64,000 nucleotides of DNA from Camelus ferus (Eukaryota), in assembly GCF_009834535.1 (NCBI RefSeq), contig NC_045697.1, forward strand, positions 93,622,001-93,686,000, in the 5' to 3' direction. Below the pieces are notes generated by a model. It saw nothing but the letters and a program-made list of their open reading frames with translations, was not told the origin of the DNA and searched no databases. Of this stretch, positions 23,300 through 36,990 are shown one piece after another. How positions within the stretch are numbered: position 1 is the stretch's first letter; each line of letters opens with the position of its first letter. A program made the translations under genes and the position numbers.

Positions 23300-26100
23300 T
23301 GACAGTCTTTAACATAGCTATCTTCTAAATTCCACTATTTTAACCTGTAACTGTTGTCGTACATTTGTGTTTACCTGTAATCTCACTTCATCACCACACT
23401 AGTACTTCCTTCACATCTTTGATTTTGTAGGATCTTCTGTTAAAGGATCTCACTTTTTTGTTGTTGTTTCTGGCTTCCTATCTCCTTTTGTGCCTATACC
23501 CTCTGTAAGTTTATTTTAAAAGTTTTTTGTAAGATAACTTTGTCATTGTTAACCCATTTGTATAACTTATATACAAATTCTGCCTTCACGTTTGTTTGCT
23601 ATGATAAGTATAGAAGTCTAGGTTAGAAACCATTTCTCTTCAGAACTGTGAAGACATGTTTTAAGTTCCTGATGTTTCTGTTCTGAAGTTCAGTGCTGGT
23701 GTTATTATTAATTCTCTGTGCACCACTTTTATCTTCTCTGAAATCTTGTAGTGGCTTTGTTTCTATAGTTACAAAATTTGACAACAATGCTACTTGGATG
23801 TATTTTTTAGTAGGTTGTTTTGGGTATTAAGTGAACTCTTTCAGTTCATAAAGTCAATGTCCTTCAGTTTGTAAAAGTTTTCTTGAGTGATTTCAATGAT
23901 GATATTCTTTAATCAATTTCTCATTTCTTCTTCTAGAAAATTCCTCATAGTTGCATGTTGTATCCTCCGGAAAATACTTCTGACTATCCTTATTTCACCC
24001 ATTTTCAAATTATTGTCTTTTAATTGAACGTTTGATAAGATATTTATCTTTGTCTTCCAGTTAAGTTTTTTTTTTTTGACAATTCTGTTGCATAGTTGTG
24101 TTTTCTGAGAGCACCCATTCATTAATTTTATCCTTCTTTTTATAGTATTCTGTTATTTCTTCATGGATGCATTGTCTTCTTTCAGGAAATATTATCCCTC
24201 AGAAAATATCATCATCATTTAATACATGATTCCAATGGACACTTTTAATGCTTTATATATTTAAAGTGATTAATTCACAAAAACAAGAATAAAAGGATAG
24301 TAAAGAATGATAAGTTTTTTTAAATGGTTAAAATAAAAGGATAATTAAAAAGGGATAGTTAATTTTAAAATACATTTTAATAATTAATTAGAGATTTAAA
24401 TCACCTTATGTCAATTAATTTTGGTATGCAAACATTATAAAAGATTAAGACAAAACAAAAACTACTGTTAACATGTTCTTTCAGAAAACTGGTTTAGTCT
24501 AGGTTTTTGGCCCAAAACATTATATCACGAAGTTCTTCTTATTGAGTTACTAACTACATGATAATATATTTTTTCTTTTTTGTCTTTAGAAATATATTGT
24601 TCTCTTATAATTTGTGCGGTTGGGGAAAATCAAGTAAGATATCATCTGGAGACTAGTCTGAGATTTCAATTTTATGATCAATTTTGTCATCATAATCAAA
24701 GTCTAGAGTATAATCAGCCTCAGTGAATTCATCTTCTGATTTATTTAATAATTGTGAAATTTAATGCTCTGTCAGTTTTCTTCTCTTTTTTATTATAGGC
24801 CAAACCTGAACAATCTTATTTCTTACTTTTGTTTAAAGAAATCTAAAAGCACACTTCAGAGATGGAATCCCTACTTTTCACTTATACTTTGTGAAAGATG
24901 ATGTAGTACCATATAAAATTCCATTTAAAAAAAGTAAAAGAGAATAATTTATTTCACAGTTGCATCATCCTATATTATTCCAACAATTCTTTTCTTCTTT
25001 AAAAAATTATTTGAAACTTTATTTGGGAGTAATTGGTGGCTAATAAAATAATTCATAGATTAATGAAATAGCAAAATATTTTTTAATAAGAAAATGATTA
25101 CTAAGATTCTGTAATGTGTCTTAGATTTATAAAACTGCCCAATAGACCCATATGGTAATTGAAAAATAGAATGAGTTTTATTTCATTTAAAAATAATTAA
25201 TTTGTCTCTCTTTTTTGGAAGACCTCTAACAGAAAATGAAAAGCTCAATATATTAATTGTTCCATATTGTAAGAAATACTCAATATGTTAATTCTTCCAA
25301 GTAAAACTGCCCAAACATAAAATTGGATTTGATTGATCCAAATTGTATGCAAAGGGTATTTGATATTTCCACTGCCACAAACAGTCACTATATCCTCCAA
25401 GTTAAATATTTCTCTTTATTACTTTTTATCTTTATCTTTCAGATTAGAGGGTTTTCATAGGTAATCTTTGGTTGCCTGTTCATAATTAACAGTTACTAAA
25501 AAGCATTTTGGAAGCTATTAGATAGGATCTGTTCTAAATTATCTAGATGGGTGGTTTCTTTGGAAAAATAGGTGTCAGTAAGATCTCTTTTTCAATCTTA
25601 CTGGAATGATTGGATTTTCCAAAAAAATACTCCCACATCTTACCTAGATGTCAATGTCCAGTAATCCAGAATGCTAGGGTCTGAATAGTAGACAAGGGCT
25701 GCAGAGGGCATCATCTAGGTCATTAACTCTATGTTTTAGGCTCAGAAAATAAGCTTTATCTTTGCAACTTTGTGCTGCAATGAGAGAGAGATGATTTTTT
25801 TTTTCCTAGATAGTGTCAGAAAGCACATCTAGAAAGTCTCCTTGCTTTAAAAAAAAAAAAAAAAGTATCGTATTTTAGTGACATTCTATTGAGCCCTTAC
25901 TTCCAGATGTAATTCAACTCAAAATTGTTAGAAGTTGAAGGATTCTAAGATAAAAGTAACATGAATTTTTAACTATTTACTCTCTGCTTAGAATTCATCA
26001 TTCTCTGCTCTGCAGCTAGGTTGCCATTCATCAATTTACTTTATGCTGTTTTTTTTTCCCCTCATTTTTATGGACTTGTGATCTAAAAATCTACTTAATG
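23300..26100 (-). mobile_element. Highly degraded L1ME-type fragments (about 23300-24200 and 25420-26100)
   Basis: ATAAGTATAGAAGTCTAGGTTAG...TTTCTCTTCAGAACTGTGAAGACA and GTAATCTTTGGTTGCCTGTTCATA, resembling antisense L1ME ORF1/5' regions. Confidence 0.55.
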
Positions 26101-26614
26101 CTCATTAGTAAGCATTTCAGATTTTCCTATTTTATTCTTCGTATACTCCAAGCCAAAATGTTAAAAATATAGACATATTAGGATGCATATATTAAAGGAT
26201 TTGTATTTGCCTATAAACTGTCATTAATTTAAAAGGTGAACATGGGCCTTTTCAAAACTTCTCCAAGTTTTGGGAATTTAAGATTATGAAAGGAATATAA
26301 TATCACAAATATATTAAAATTAATTAAAGCTATACTGAAGTGACACTAGGAGGCAGAATAGGAATTCAGATTTATTTTCACTGCATTTATATTCCACAAT
26401 TCTTGGAGAATGTCATCAGTAATTTTAAAATACATGTTATGAGAACTGACAGGATTTTATACACTTTTATTTTAAAATTGTATTGCCATTATTTTATGTA
26501 AATTCAATATATGAAATTGTATTTCAAAAAAATATAAAATCATAGAATTAATAAGTTTCTTAATAGCTCCATAAAGGCAAACTTCTCTGAAGTTTGCATT
26601 TATTTGCTTTTACT

Positions 26615-27248
26615 TAAATATAAAGTTATTTCACTGCCTAATTCAAAATTCTCTAGAAAGTTAGGTAAAAAATACAAGTGTCCCAACCCAATCAACATCC
26701 TTTTCCTCCAGAAAGTAATGTATCCTCTGGTTTGCATGAGTATTCTACTTCAGTTGCTGTTCAAACACTAGAATGGTTGAATTTGAGTTTTGAGACAAGG
26801 GGATTAATCTCCAAGTATTTAACGTTTGAGGGTTGTTTTTTTTTTGTTTGTTTGTTTTTTGTTTTTTTTTTTTGTTTTTTTTTTTTTTAAGCCGAGTGGG
26901 TTTTAGTATCGTAAGGGAATTAAATGGCTTTTGAGAATGATTTTTATATCAACATGCTTCAAAGCTTTTGTAGGTTTTAAGCAACCATTTTAAAGATATT
27001 TTCTTCAAATAATGGATTTGTTTTACTCTCAGATAAGTCACCCAGTAATCCCGAGCTTTGCAGCTTATAGCTGCTATAGCCAAGGTTAATTAATTAGAAA
27101 TATTAAAGCTTGGATTAACACTTGGACCTGATTCGCAAATCATTTGCTTGAAAATATTTATTTTGCCCAGTAAATTTATTTTTTTTAAACTTAACACCAC
27201 ACTAGAGAAAAGTAGTTTGTTTAAAGCTTTTATAATGCACTAGGTAAG
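26615..27248 (-). pseudogene. Candidate heavily decayed pseudo-exon containing an expanded poly-T/GT tract (26835-26888)
   Basis: Strong acceptor ttttttttttttacag|. Stretches such as LINLGYSSYKLQSSGLLGDLSESKTNPLFEENIFKMVA and RIHYFLEEKDVDWVGTLVFF; many stops. Confidence 0.3.
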
Positions 27249-27435
27249 CTGTAAAAAAAAAAAAAAATTAAAAAGACCTTTCTATCTGGCTTCCCACCAG
27301 CCAAACTGTCTTAAGCTATACTTGCTTGAAACTATTTCTGGAAATTATTATCAAAGGCATTTTTCTATATGTGGCTAATTTTTCAGAAAATAAAAAAAGC
27401 ATTTTCTAAAAAACAAAAAAACAATGTGCACATTC

Positions 27436-29307
27436 AAATAGATGTGGCCTTTTTCTCCATATCCTCTCCGGCATTTATCGTCCATGGACTTTTTAATGGT
27501 GGCCATTCTGACTGGTGTGAGGTGGTATCTCGTAGGTCTGATTTGCATTTCTCTAACAGTTAGTGATGTTGAGTATCTTTTAATGTGCTAGTTGGCCATC
27601 TGGATGTCTCCTTTGGAGAGATATCTATTTAGGTACTCTGCTCTGCCCATTTTTTGATTGGGTTGCTTTTTTTTTTGATATTAAGCTGTATGAGCTGTTT
27701 GTATATTTTGGAAATTAGTCCCTTGTTGGTTGCATCATTTGCAGGTATTTTCTCCCATTCTTTAGGTTGTCTTTTAATTTTATTGATGGTATCCTTAGCT
27801 GTGCAAAAGCTTTTAAGTTTAATTAGATCCCATTTGTTTATTTTTGCTTTTATTTCCATTATTTTAGGAGCTGATATGAAAAAAATACTTTGCTGTGATT
27901 TATGTTCAAGTTTGCTCTACCCATGTTTTCCTCTAGGAGTTTTATAGTATCTGGTCTTACATTTAGGTCTTTAATCCATTTTGAGTTTGCTTTTGTATTA
28001 GAGAATGTTCTAATTTCAGTCTTTTACAGGTAGCTGTCCAGTTTTCCCAGCACCACTTGTTGAAAAGACTGTCTTTTTTCCATATTCTTGTTTCCTTTGT
28101 CATAGATTAATTGATCATAAGTGCATGGGTTTATTTCTAGACTTCCTATCCTGTTCCATTGGTCTATGTGTCTGTTTTTGTACCAATGCCATACCATTTT
28201 GATTACTATAGCTTTGTAGTATAGTATGAAGTCATGGAGTGTGATTCCCTCCCCCAGTTCCATTCACCTTTCTCAAGACTGTTTTGGCTGTTGGGGATCT
28301 TTTGTGTTTCCATACCAATTTTAACAGTTTTTTTTCCAACTCTGTGAAAAATGTCATTGGTAATTTGGTAGGGACTGCACTGAATCTGTATACTGCCTTA
28401 GGTAGCATGGCCACCTTAACAATATTGATTCTTCCAATGCATGAACATGTTATATTTTCCCATCTGTTTATATTATCTTCAATTTCTTTCCTCAGTGTCT
28501 TATAGTTTTCATAGTACAGGTCCTTTGCCTACTTCAGTAAATTTATTCTTAGGTATTTTATTCTTTTTGGTGCAATGGTAAATGGGATTAGAGAAAAGAA
28601 CCCTCCTACACTGTTGGTAGAAATTTAAATTGGTGAAACCACTATGGAGAACACTATGGAGATTCCTCAGAAAACTAAAAATAGACTTACCACACGATTC
28701 AGTAATCCCACTCCTGGGCATATATCTGGAGGAAAATATAATTTGAAAAGACATATGGACCCCAGTGTTCACAGCAGCACTATTTACAACAGCCAAGACA
28801 TAGAAATGACCCAAATGTCCATTGAAAGATGACTGGATAAAGAAGATGTAGTGTATATATATACAATGGAATACTACTCAGCCATCAAAAAGAATAAAAT
28901 AATGCCATTTGCAGCAACATGGATCGACCTGGAGATTGTCACAAAGTCAGAAAGAGAAAGAAAAATTCCATATGGTATGACTTATATGTGGAATCTAAAC
29001 GGACACAAATGAACTTATCTACAAAACAGAAACAGACTCACAAACATAGAGAACAAACTTATGGCTACTAGGGGTAAATACGGTGGGAAGGGATAAACTG
29101 GGAATTTGAAATTTGCACCTCTTGAGGAGTGATGGAAATGTTAGCTATCTTGATTGTAGTGGTGGGTGGCTTTATTGGTATATACATCTACCAAAGTTCA
29201 TCAGCTTGTACATCTGAAATATATGTAGTTTACTATACAGGAATCATACCACAATAAATGTGTTAAAAACATAAAAGATGGAAAAAAACAAATAGGTGTG
29301 GCCTTTT
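27436..29307 (+). mobile_element. 5'-inverted (twin-primed) L1: inverted part about 27454-28589 (-), sense part about 28590-29289 (+)
   Basis: TSD AAATAGATGTGGCCTTTT (27436-27453) and AAATAGGTGTGGCCTTTT (29290-29307). ORF2 peptides on the minus strand ([21 protein letters not shown]) switch to the plus strand at GAGAAAAGAACCCTCC. Confidence 0.93.
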
Positions 29308-29704
29308 GTATTGAAAAGTAACATATATACTTCCTGAAGTATTTTTAAAGAGCTATTATATAACCATGGAGAATGAGATAAATACACAGTATGAATCTAA
29401 GAGAATCAATGAGCTGAAGTTGGCATATTGACACTATTTTTGAGCATAACTTTTCCTACAAATTAGAAACTCTGGATTTTTCAAAGGTGAGCCTTAAAGG
29501 GTGCTATCTACACAATGGGAATATCTAAAGCCTCAATGCCATGAATAGCCAAAGAAAACAGAAATGCAGGTATGCTCTGAGTTTTTCCTGGTAGGAAAAA
29601 ATAATCAAATATAGAATGCTTCCCCAAAAACCTTTGTAAAATGAAGATTTTATTTTTGTATGCTAAAAGGGGAAATCAAGTTTCAAAATGTAATCCCATG
29701 TTGT

Positions 29705-30030
29705 TTTTGGCAACATTTTCTGTATGGGCCGGGTAGTTAATCTATTAGGTTTTCAGGGTCATATGACATATGTTACTCAACTCTGCCACTGTAGTGTAAA
29801 AGAAGCCACAGGAAAGAGTGAACAAATGAATGTGGCTACATTCCAATCAGATTTTCTTTTTGTTCACTGAAATTTTAAATTTGTGCAATATCCATGTCAG
29901 AATCCTTCTTTTCCTGATACATTTTCAAACATTTAAAAATATTGAAAGCATTCTTAGCTGATGTCCAATAGTAAAACAGTTTGCAGGCTAAATATGGTTC
30001 AAGGATTGTGATCTGTCCATGTCTCCTCTA
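29705..30030. mobile_element. MER58B-like hAT-Charlie DNA transposon
   Basis: GGCAACATTTTCTGTATGGGCC...ACTCAACTCTGCCACTGTAGTGTAAAAG...GTGGCTACATTCCAAT...CATTCTTAGCTG. Confidence 0.8.
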
Positions 30031-30489
30031 ATAGCATGTAGTAATCTGCTTAATTCTGAATTAAGGAAGCACAGGGGTAATAAACATTGCACAAACGTTA
30101 TCTGATTGCAGTTACCCAATAAATATTTGCTAAAGGAATTCATGATTTAAGTAGCTCACTTGTCAAGGTCTGTTTCTTCAATAGACATTATTTACAGAGG
30201 AAAGAAATAATATTAAAATATACAGCATCCTATTACCTACTCTGTTTTATGACATTTATACTGGAAAGTATAAATTTAAATTTTTTACAGTTCTAGAATT
30301 AAAGCTTTTATGTTTAGAAGAATACATTTATGTTTATTTTTCCAGGGATGGGAAGCTACTTATTGCTAATTAACCTTCAAAGAAGAACTTCAAAAGTTGA
30401 TCTTTCTTTTCCTCTTGCTTTCTAACGATGGACATTTGAAAATTTATTTAATGAAATTGAAAAACTACTAAGGTACCAATATCTTGAAA

Positions 30490-31980
30490 AAACAAAATCC
30501 TAGAAAGAAGAGGAGGCAGAAAAGTTTGTATGACATCCACTACTACTGTCTCTTGAAATCATGGACTGATTCCAAACAAAGAAAGAGAAAAAAGAGAGAA
30601 AGCATCTGGAAAGCTGTAACTCTGTGAAGAAACTGCTTCTGAGAGACTGAGGAATTAAACAGAACAGTATTTTAGACTTGAGTATGTAAATGTTGGAATT
30701 CAAAACCCACCATGGAGTAGGGACACTAATACACACTAGACTTCTGCCTGGGGCACCAGAGAAGTTGCTGGAAATAAAGGTGAATCAGGAGAATAGAGCT
30801 ATCATTAAAATTGAAGCCTCATTTTGAATATGTTAACAATCTAATATGTTCTCTTCTCCTTCTAACTCCCTTCCTAGAAGCAATTCCAAATTCTGAGAAA
30901 AAACAAAATTACTTATAGTCTCAAATTTTCTCCCATTTTTTCTGTACACAGTAGTTTGTTTCTATTATAAATTCAAATAAAATAAGCAGACATACTGACT
31001 TAGGTTGACATGACTGGAAACCAAGAAAAAAGAGTAAGTGATAGAAATAGATGAAGACAGAATATACTAGAACCACATATTAGAGTTTTCAGAGTAGACA
31101 TTTTAAAATAATTGTGATAAGTAATATATTAAAATGAGATGATGAGATATAGATTTTGAGGAGATAAGTGAAGAATTTAAAAAATAAAATTTTCTTTTCT
31201 GACAAATACGACTGAAATTATGAACTCAAAGTGTTTGTTTAATAATAGATCAACACAACTGAAAAGAGGTGTAAAACATACTCCACAAAGTAACTGTAAA
31301 GATTTAACAGGTAGAAACTGCATAAAAGAATGTTATACACATGACAGATGACATAGAACCCAAACTTCTAATGTAATAGGAAATTGAAGTCCTATAAGAA
31401 AATACGAGAAGGAATAGAGTGTAAGTAAAATATGTAGTATTAATGACTGAGAATTTTAAAACCTGAAAAATGAGGTTAGTACAAATTATCAAGAAGCACT
31501 TTGTGTCCTTGCAATAAAATATATCTGTAAAATAGAACCTGTACAGTAGAACTGGTGGTTTCAAGCCACAGAACAGTAAAGAGAAGAAGAAAATCTTTGG
31601 TAAGAGGAGGAATACGCTATCTTCAAAGAAGTGGAAAAAAGACTTACATAGACGACTTCTTAACAGAAATAATGGGGACTAGAAAGCAAATGGAATCGTG
31701 TTTTCAAAATGCACAAAGAAAGTGACAAATCAGATTTTGATACCCATTGGTAATATTCATCAAGAATGAAGTAGAAACCAAGACATTTTCTGACAAATAG
31801 TAATTGAAAGAACTCATTCACAGAAGTCCTGTGCCAAATTAAAATTCATAACAAAGTAACACTACATGCAGATGAAATTGTGGCATTGCAGTAAGTGATG
31901 AAGAACAAAGGGAATGCTAAAATAAAGGCAAATATAAATTAGATTAGTAGGTTCTTGTAAGCCTACATATAGAGAAATGA
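30490..31980 (+). mobile_element. Degraded ancient L1 5'/ORF1 region
   Basis: A-rich ORF1-like text, e.g. GACTTCTTAACAGAAATAATGG...AAGAATGAAGTAGAAACCAAGACATTTTCTGACAAA. Confidence 0.65.
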
Positions 31981-32852
31981 ATTACAGTATAATACGCTTC
32001 CTTTTTAAGAAAGTGAATAATATAGTAGGAAACAACTGTATATGTAAAGAAACTTAGAAATTTTTCTGTCTTATGAGGTAAATTTCAGTTATTTGGAGAT
32101 ATCACACGTCCAGAAAGCTTCATGCCTCAAGAAACTTCAATAAAATATGTATATTTTAAAATATTCTTTACACTGTAGTGACTAAAAAGTTTTGACTCAA
32201 AAGCCACCTTCCTTTTCTTAAACAGAAGAGAAAGTATCATTCAACAGTGTAAACCAGTTATATGAATAGTATATAAAACCAATGTGGACTTTAAAATTGA
32301 AAGACTACAATATATTTGATCCTCAACAAAGAAATTTAAATTTTCAGTAGTAAATAGATGTTTCTGTCTCATTTATGTACAGTTTGGGTTTAGACTTAAC
32401 CAACTTGGAACTCATGGGCTATCCTCTTAATCTTATATAAAAATAGTATGATTCAACCAACTACAGAACTGATAATTACAAGTTTATAGTGGAGTAAAAT
32501 TTCAACATATGAAGTATTTAAAAAATGTAAAACATGCTTTCTACTTTTTTTCCACTTTTATGATAAAAAGTATAAATGGCATCTTTAAAATTACAAGTGT
32601 TATCAGTCTAATAAATCTAATCTAATATTTAATCCAATCACATAGTATGTCAATCTAATATTTAAATGTGTATATATCAGGCTATGAGACAAAATGTATG
32701 AATTAATATAAGAAAATGCCTTACGTTGGGACAAATTACAATAACCATGAAACTATCAGTTTTGCTCTATTTTATATATTAGTTTTATACCTCCTCATAA
32801 CATAAATTACTTTTTCATATTAGTGAAAGGAAGATAATTTGGAGGTTTTTAC

Positions 32853-33214
32853 CTCCCTTGAGCTTTCACTCACTTTATATGTAATTCTACTCAAAATTCT
32901 GCAGCCTTCTCTTTTGTACTGAGGATCAAATTGAATGAATCAAAGCTTAGAATAAGAGAGACTCTTCTTGTTTCTAAATAAATATTTGTTCAATATGTGA
33001 GGGATGGAAAAAGAAGAAGCGTTTTTATAGAGTTGCTGTGGTGGTGGAGCCCATTAAGAACGTTGAAGAGACGAACTGATTTATCATGATCTGTTCTGAG
33101 AGATGGCAATACTTTGCAGTGAAGCTGACAAACGCATTATCAATTGAGGGCATGCCAGAATTGCAGTGCCTCCGAAAGCATCAAAAAGGATCCAGGACTG
33201 TTTTGAATCACAGA
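32853..33214 (-). pseudogene. Candidate pseudo-exon
   Basis: Strong acceptor tcttgcttttgttttggcttttatttgcacag|; SVIQNSPGSFLMLSEALQFWHALN**CVCQLHCKVLPSLRTDHDKSVRLFNVLNGLHHHSNSIKTLLLFPSLTY*; donor at 32874 (gtgagt) or 32853 (gtaaaa). Confidence 0.55.
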
Positions 33215-33373
33215 CTGTGCAAATAAAAGCCAAAACAAAAGCAAGATTTCACTGAATCCTCTTTGATCAATGCAAGAATCTTCTTTCAGTTAAGTATGTG
33301 GATGTTTAGACAGTGATTCAGTTGTAGATGTGGTTATCAACTATTATTTTTTAACTATGAATAGAAAAATAAA

Positions 33374-33480
33374 ACACATACATATATACACACACACCTA
33401 CCTATATACATGTATATATGTGTGTGTGTATATTTGTATGTGTGTGTGTGTGTGTGTGTGTATATATACACACACATATA
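33374..33480. repeat. Compound (CA)/(TA)/(TG) microsatellite
   Basis: Direct reading. Confidence 0.9.
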
Positions 33481-33899
33481 CTTCTTACGGTTAAAACCAG
33501 AAAATTAAGCAATGTGGCTTTCTTTCTTTCATTTGGGGCAAGAAACTATTTTCTTTGAATCCCAGAGATAGATATTAAAATATTTGGGGAAAAGTAAAAG
33601 ATGCAGAAAATAGAATGGTGGCTTAGTTAACCCTTTCTGTGGTTTTCTTATAACTTTCAGTGGGATTCTTATGATTAGGACCTGTATAGAGCCACTTAAT
33701 AGAAATGCTTACATAGGAAGATAGGAAAAAGGGAAAACATTATCAAACCTAAAAGTATGAACTAGGTTTCTCTCTAATAAGAAATACAATCTTTATCTAA
33801 GAGATAGAACTTTTGCCATTAGTATCCAATAATTGTTTTTAGTATTCTCTAAATATAGTCTTCAATAATTTCCATGAAGTTTCTCTGAAAGGCTTGTAT

Positions 33900-34350
33900 A
33901 CCTCACTATATCTCATTATTATGCAACTGAGCATTGCGGGTTGCAGATTTGCCTATCATAAATAATATATTTTCTCTTTTGTGTGTCGTGGTAAAAATAC
34001 ACAATTTGACTTAAAACTTTTGGATAGATTATAAAATCTGTGTTTTTTCTTCCTGTCGTTAATAACTCTTAATTAATAGATTAATCTTTTTTTTGCATCT
34101 TTCCATAAAAAAGAACAATTGTTCTGGTTTTAAATTGTCAGGAACAGAGAATAAAATTATTCTTATATAACCCTTATTTGACACTGGTTGAGAGTCAAGA
34201 GTGAACGTGAAAAGAATAAAATTCATAACCATCCCTTGTGAGCTGTTCCCACTTGAGACACTCTTCAGGGATGGAATCATTAATTCAGGATTGCCTCTTT
34301 CAATTTCTGTTTCCATCAGGAGGACATAAGGTTATATTCTCTCATAAAGC
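33900..34350 (-). pseudogene. Candidate pseudo-exon (boundaries uncertain)
   Basis: 85-aa ORF METEIERGNPELMIPSLKSVSSGNSSQGMVMNFILFTFTLDSQPVSNKGYIRIILFSVPD..., not repeat-like, continuing past stops. Confidence 0.45.
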
Positions 34351-35074
34351 AATTTACATAATGATTCAAACTAAAGTTTCCAAGCTAAATTTTGGGGCAC
34401 CCAGATAATCAGAAAAAGTTCTAAGGGATTAAGTAGGTGTCTGAATAGCTAGGTTGCTGATGATATCAGGAAATTAAAAATTTTAATAAGGAACCAACTT
34501 CTTACCCTGTCTAGCCTCCCACTTCCATTCAGGGTTTTAAATCCATACTTACGTCAAGAACAAAATTGACTTTTTAATGCTGCATCATGTTAAAATGATG
34601 TGAAGTTTCAAAAGTAATCTACCTAAATTAGTAAGTATAGAAATGAACTATTCATTTAGAACTTGGTTAAATTCTAACAACACAGTGGGTTCCCAATATA
34701 TTTGTTCAATAAATGAACTATTTCAAATTGGATATCAGACAATACAAAACAAATTTTGCTTTGATTGTAGTATTAGAAGCATCATGTCAGAGACAGGAAT
34801 ATTCAGTGCATTCACTAATGTCAAGTTTAAATGTATTCAGCATTTACTTTATGTAACAGCATGTTTCACTTGATTGTCAGTATTACAGTTGTAAACTTTT
34901 TATAATTATCAAGTGTTAAAAATTTAAATACATATCCTGTGGTTTTCAGTTTGGGGCCATATTCTCTTAATCTTTGTTTATATTTCCCTTAACCTATTGA
35001 AGACACTTTTTAAAAGTCCATGTCTGAAAACTCCATTAACCGGATCACTTTGGGGTCTCTTTCTGTTGTCTGGT

Positions 35075-35570
35075 CGGCATATCTAGTGCTCAGATTTTGG
35101 TTTCTAATATCATTCCTCAATAAAAAGAACGGGGATCTCTTGGAGAAATGATTGATTCTAGAACTGTAGCAAGAAATATGCAAGATGAGCCTGGAGGATC
35201 TTGTAGTGCCAGAAAGCAATGAAGTACTTAAAACCAATCGACCAATGAACAAACTTACATGACGGTATGTTGAAGTGGCAGAAGAGCCAAATGAAAGCAT
35301 CTCCAAAGGCCAGAAGTGAAACAATTTAAGCAAGAAAGTAATAACTATTTGATTACAATCCAAAGTATAAAATAAATATCCTGTAGTACATGCTGACACA
35401 AATAAATGATTGAATCAATAAAATGCAGAAGAGGAGACAAATACCCTACACAGAAGAGTTGCAAGTTATGCAGACTCCACTCTAAATGCAGGAGACAATA
35501 ATATCTCACTTCTTTAGTGTGTTGTGAACGCAAAAGGTACAGTACAAAAAAGGGAAATGTAATATATACT
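35075..35570 (+). mobile_element. L1MC/L1MD-type 3' UTR fragment
   Basis: GGATCTCTTGGAGAAATGATTGATTCTAGAACTG...CAAGATGAGCCTGGAGGATCTTGTAGTGCCAGAAAG. Confidence 0.8.
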
Positions 35571-35997
35571 GCCTAGGAAAGCCAGTGTTATTCCATTTGG
35601 ATTTATCATTGTATGAATTATGTTACAAATGAGAAATACAGCTTTTACTGGGGATAGAGTTAGGAAATGCAGTCATGACTTTTAAAATCTCAGGCAGAAT
35701 GTATGTCTTTTTGACAGTCTTTGCTTTATTCACAGTGACTGGCATAAGTACTTACTAATTGACTTAAATTAGTTTGTATTCAAAAATCAAATGATAATTA
35801 TTTGAAGTAAGTCATAAAAACTCATGTCTTGTTTCAGAACATGTAGGAAGTTAAAATGATTCAAAATGCACGAGGCCTCTCCACAGTCATAAAAAGGAAC
35901 TAGTGACTTGGAAGAATTGAGAAATAGAAAAAAAAAATGCAGAAATTAGGTTTTTTGCATACTAAATAAAATTTGAAAGTCTTAATAAATAAAATTC

Positions 35998-36483
35998 TGA
36001 CTGGAAACCATATGTTGCTGACAAGATGCCTTCCTTGAGCAAACTTTAGTCATATTCCTGTGAGTGACTTTCTCAACGAGGCCTCTACCTTCAAACTCCT
36101 ACATTCATCTTTGTATCACTTAATGTTAAAAATCCTGCTAAATCAATTTTGCAAGAATCCCCATTCTCCATATCTGATTAGATTTCTCATTCCGTACCCT
36201 TGGTATCAGTTCCCCTTGTCCTGCCTTCAGCATAAATCCTGTCAAGTCAGTGTAGCCAGAATTCCCCCTTATTCTTGCTGCTTCCTTTTAGTTAATTTTT
36301 CATCCACTGACCCCGACCGTGCTCCTTGGTTATAAATCTCCACTTGGCCTTGCTGTATTTGAAAATGGGTGCAGTTCTAGACTGATGTCTCTTTTCACCT
36401 GTAGCAATAGTCCTGAATAAATAGTCCCATTTTTACTGCTTTAATTACTGTCTGGATATGATTTTTTCCCTTGATACTTCCAA
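35998..36483 (+). mobile_element. ERV1 solo LTR (MER34/MER39-like)
   Basis: CAAACTTTAGTC, internally repeated AATCCTG...AGAAT(T)CCCC, TATA-like TTGGTTATAAAT, poly-A signal CTGAATAAAA. Confidence 0.75.
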
Positions 36484-36832
36484 CAAAGAGAAAAGTGATA
36501 TGTTTGTGACTAAAAAAAAAAAAATATATATATATATATAATGCAAATCCTCTAATTACACCTGGATAGATAACACAAAGCAATAGACAGTTGAGAAAGC
36601 AAAGAAGCACCATATGGTCTTTTTTTCTGTTGTAGTTGTATTTTAAAACATATATCCAGACAGAGAAACTTGCTTCACTGGAGCAAAATATGAGTTTTGA
36701 AAATGAAATCTAGGTTTTCAAAGCAATTTATACCAAACTTGAAGACATACCTTGTAAGAAGTCACTGAAACAAACAAACAAAAAATAATAATAATAAAAA
36801 AGAAAGAAAAGAAAGGCAAGTTAGTTATTCTT

Positions 36833-36990
36833 CTAGAACATTGTTTCTCAACGAATAGATATAGACATCTGAATTTGAGTCACCTAGTAGTGTAGTCATT
36901 TAAAAGAAGCATTTCTGGACTCCACACCAGTCAACTAATTCAGAACAGCTCAGGGCATTTTTTTTGTACCTGGGTTAAGAACCACTTTTC
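36833..36990. mobile_element. MER5-like DNA transposon fragment
   Basis: TTGTTTCTCAA...GAGTCACCT...TTTCTGGACTCCACACCAG...GGTTAAGAACCACT. Confidence 0.6.
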
